DNA from: Rhizodiscina lignyota
Taxonomy: Eukaryota
DNA: 64,000 bases
Assembly (NCBI GenBank): GCA_010015805.1
Contig: ML978135.1
Span: 186,001-250,000 of the forward strand
Direction: 5' to 3'
The notes below the pieces were generated by a model that saw only the letters and a program-made list of their open reading frames with translations, had not been told where the DNA came from and searched no databases. Positions 62,514-64,000 of this stretch are shown here, piece after piece. Position 1 is the first letter of the stretch. The number at the start of each line of letters is the position of its first letter. A program made the translations under genes and the position numbers.

Positions 62514-63126
62514 ATGCCTCACATCGCTGAAACCGCGCCTGACAGATTCGAGCTCTTTATTCTCGGCGACGGCGAGAAGAAGGTGACATGGAACCTTGAT
62601 ACAAGTAAGGCCACCTTCGAGCACACATCGTTTCCATATACAGCCCTCCTCTGCCGAATATTTGGGATACTGCATTCAGCTTCAAGTTTGAAGCTCCATT
62701 GAAGCAGCCAGTTACTCTCCGAGCCATCGGAAGATTGCTGGCGCGTCATGGTGGCTCAGGCTCTTATCACTGCGGCTACTTCTTCTTATGGCAAAACGTA
62801 CGGCCGGAGAGGGAGACTGACAAATTACTTTTGCAGGAGTGCCAAACACCGCCATCTTCACCTTCAACAAAGAGGATCACACGCTCGGACACCTCCTCTC
62901 CTCCCGACTACACAAGTACAGCTACGTCCAATTCTCGGCATATATCATTCCACATCCGCTTCTACCTTCCTTCGACCTGCGCGTCACGACAGACGGCAGT
63001 GTAAGCCCGAAAGATGCGATCGTCCAGGCGTGCAGGGATATTGTCGGGGAGTTGGACCAGCTGAGTCGGGAGTTCACAAAAGAGTGGGAGTTGAAGAAGA
63101 TTGCAAATACTGAATCTAGGAATTAA
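62514..63126 (+). CDS. RPB11: RNA polymerase II subunit RPB11; intron 62605-62836
   Basis: APDRFELFILGDGEKK, PNTAIFTFNKEDHTLG, FSAYIIPHPL, FTKEWELKK. Confidence 0.95.
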
Positions 63127-64000
63127 AGTATCTTCTTTGGATCTGGATCTTCTACCGTCGGCACTTGCATTTGAAATGGAGTTTTGGAGATTTGAAAGGC
63201 GGATGGCACTCGGAAATCGGAATGATACTGGAATGAGGCTACACATTCGGTCGGTCGGCGTAAAATGAAATGTATGTCGGACCGTAGCTACAAAAGGCCC
63301 ACTTCTCCCGGGCTATTTTTCCAAGTTCAATAGAATTTGGAATTAAAATGACAGTTCTTGGCTATGCCGCGGTACAGTAAACACTTACTCATCCACCCCT
63401 CCGCTCCATTCCGCCAAGACCTTTTACCGGAACCAGTTCAATAATCTTGTCTGCGATTTTTATCCGTTTCGCTAGATCTCTGAGTTTGAATTACCCGCGT
63501 CCCCTACTTGCCCTATCTGCATCCCGATGCGGCGCCGCGCGGAGAGGCGACGATTAGTCAGTAGGTAGTCTGCTTGGCGAGTACGAGTAGGTGTAGCACG
63601 AGTACGTCTGGCACTTCGCGAAGCTGTCCCTGAACGCCACTCCTGCAACTCGCGGCCCTCCAGCCTCTCGTATTTGCAGCCGCGTCAATCAGAGGCTCTG
63701 AATTGATGACAGTTCTTGCATCGACCTATCCGCAAGTCTCGGCCCTGCCCGATCCTCGCCCCGATCCTCGTTCGTAGAACTGCTAGATGATGCAACTTAA
63801 ACCTCTAGCAGCTTCTTGCCTGTTGCCGAACCAACTTCCAGAATAGCTGAAGGCAACACGGTATAAGTATATAGCTCAATTTCCTGTCTCAATTTCAGTT
63901 TCAGCTGCTAGGCAAGTTTTCGAGTCGCTGCACACTGTTTACTTCACCCGCTCAAGCAAATGCGAGCTCAATTGCTTTCCGTAGCTCTCGTAGCTACCCT

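Noticed and set aside
63300..64000. ORF-free tail with short repeats (CGATCCTCG twice, AGCTCAATT twice)
   Set aside because: Truncated by the window edge; no transposon or gene signature can be supported

Overview
Eukaryotic, intron-containing DNA from a filamentous ascomycete (Pezizomycotina; GT-AG introns of about 50-70 nt with CTRAC branch sites; the taxon cannot be fixed from the sequence). It is a gene-dense chromosome arm segment. Intact genes: choline sulfatase, the FarA/CTF1-alpha Zn2Cys6 regulator, an intracellular LysM protein, a Nur1/Mug154-like protein, a Baeyer-Villiger monooxygenase, a peroxisomal (-AKL) acetoacetyl-CoA synthetase, MPC1, PEX1, MCM7, a Cto1-like HAD hydrolase, PAM17, SmB, RPL11, a DHA1 MFS transporter, an RTA1 protein, a peroxisomal (-SRL) nitronate monooxygenase, an APC amino-acid/choline permease and RPB11. 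Three clear pseudogenes are interspersed (NADAR, a large conserved-hypothetical gene, a Zn2Cys6 TF), plus a secreted CBM52-like gene whose ATG is out of frame. A ~6 kb orphan island holds two spliced membrane-protein genes that the ORF track misses. Other notable signals: several unusually long, self-complementary introns; an inverted pair of FarA sites inside farA's own intron; a duplicated exon end in SmB that creates a cassette exon; and a nested direct/inverted repeat with TTAGGG motifs at 59.4 kb. No rRNA, tRNA, CRISPR or intact transposon was seen. Gene models were spliced by eye and family calls come from motif recognition, not database searches.
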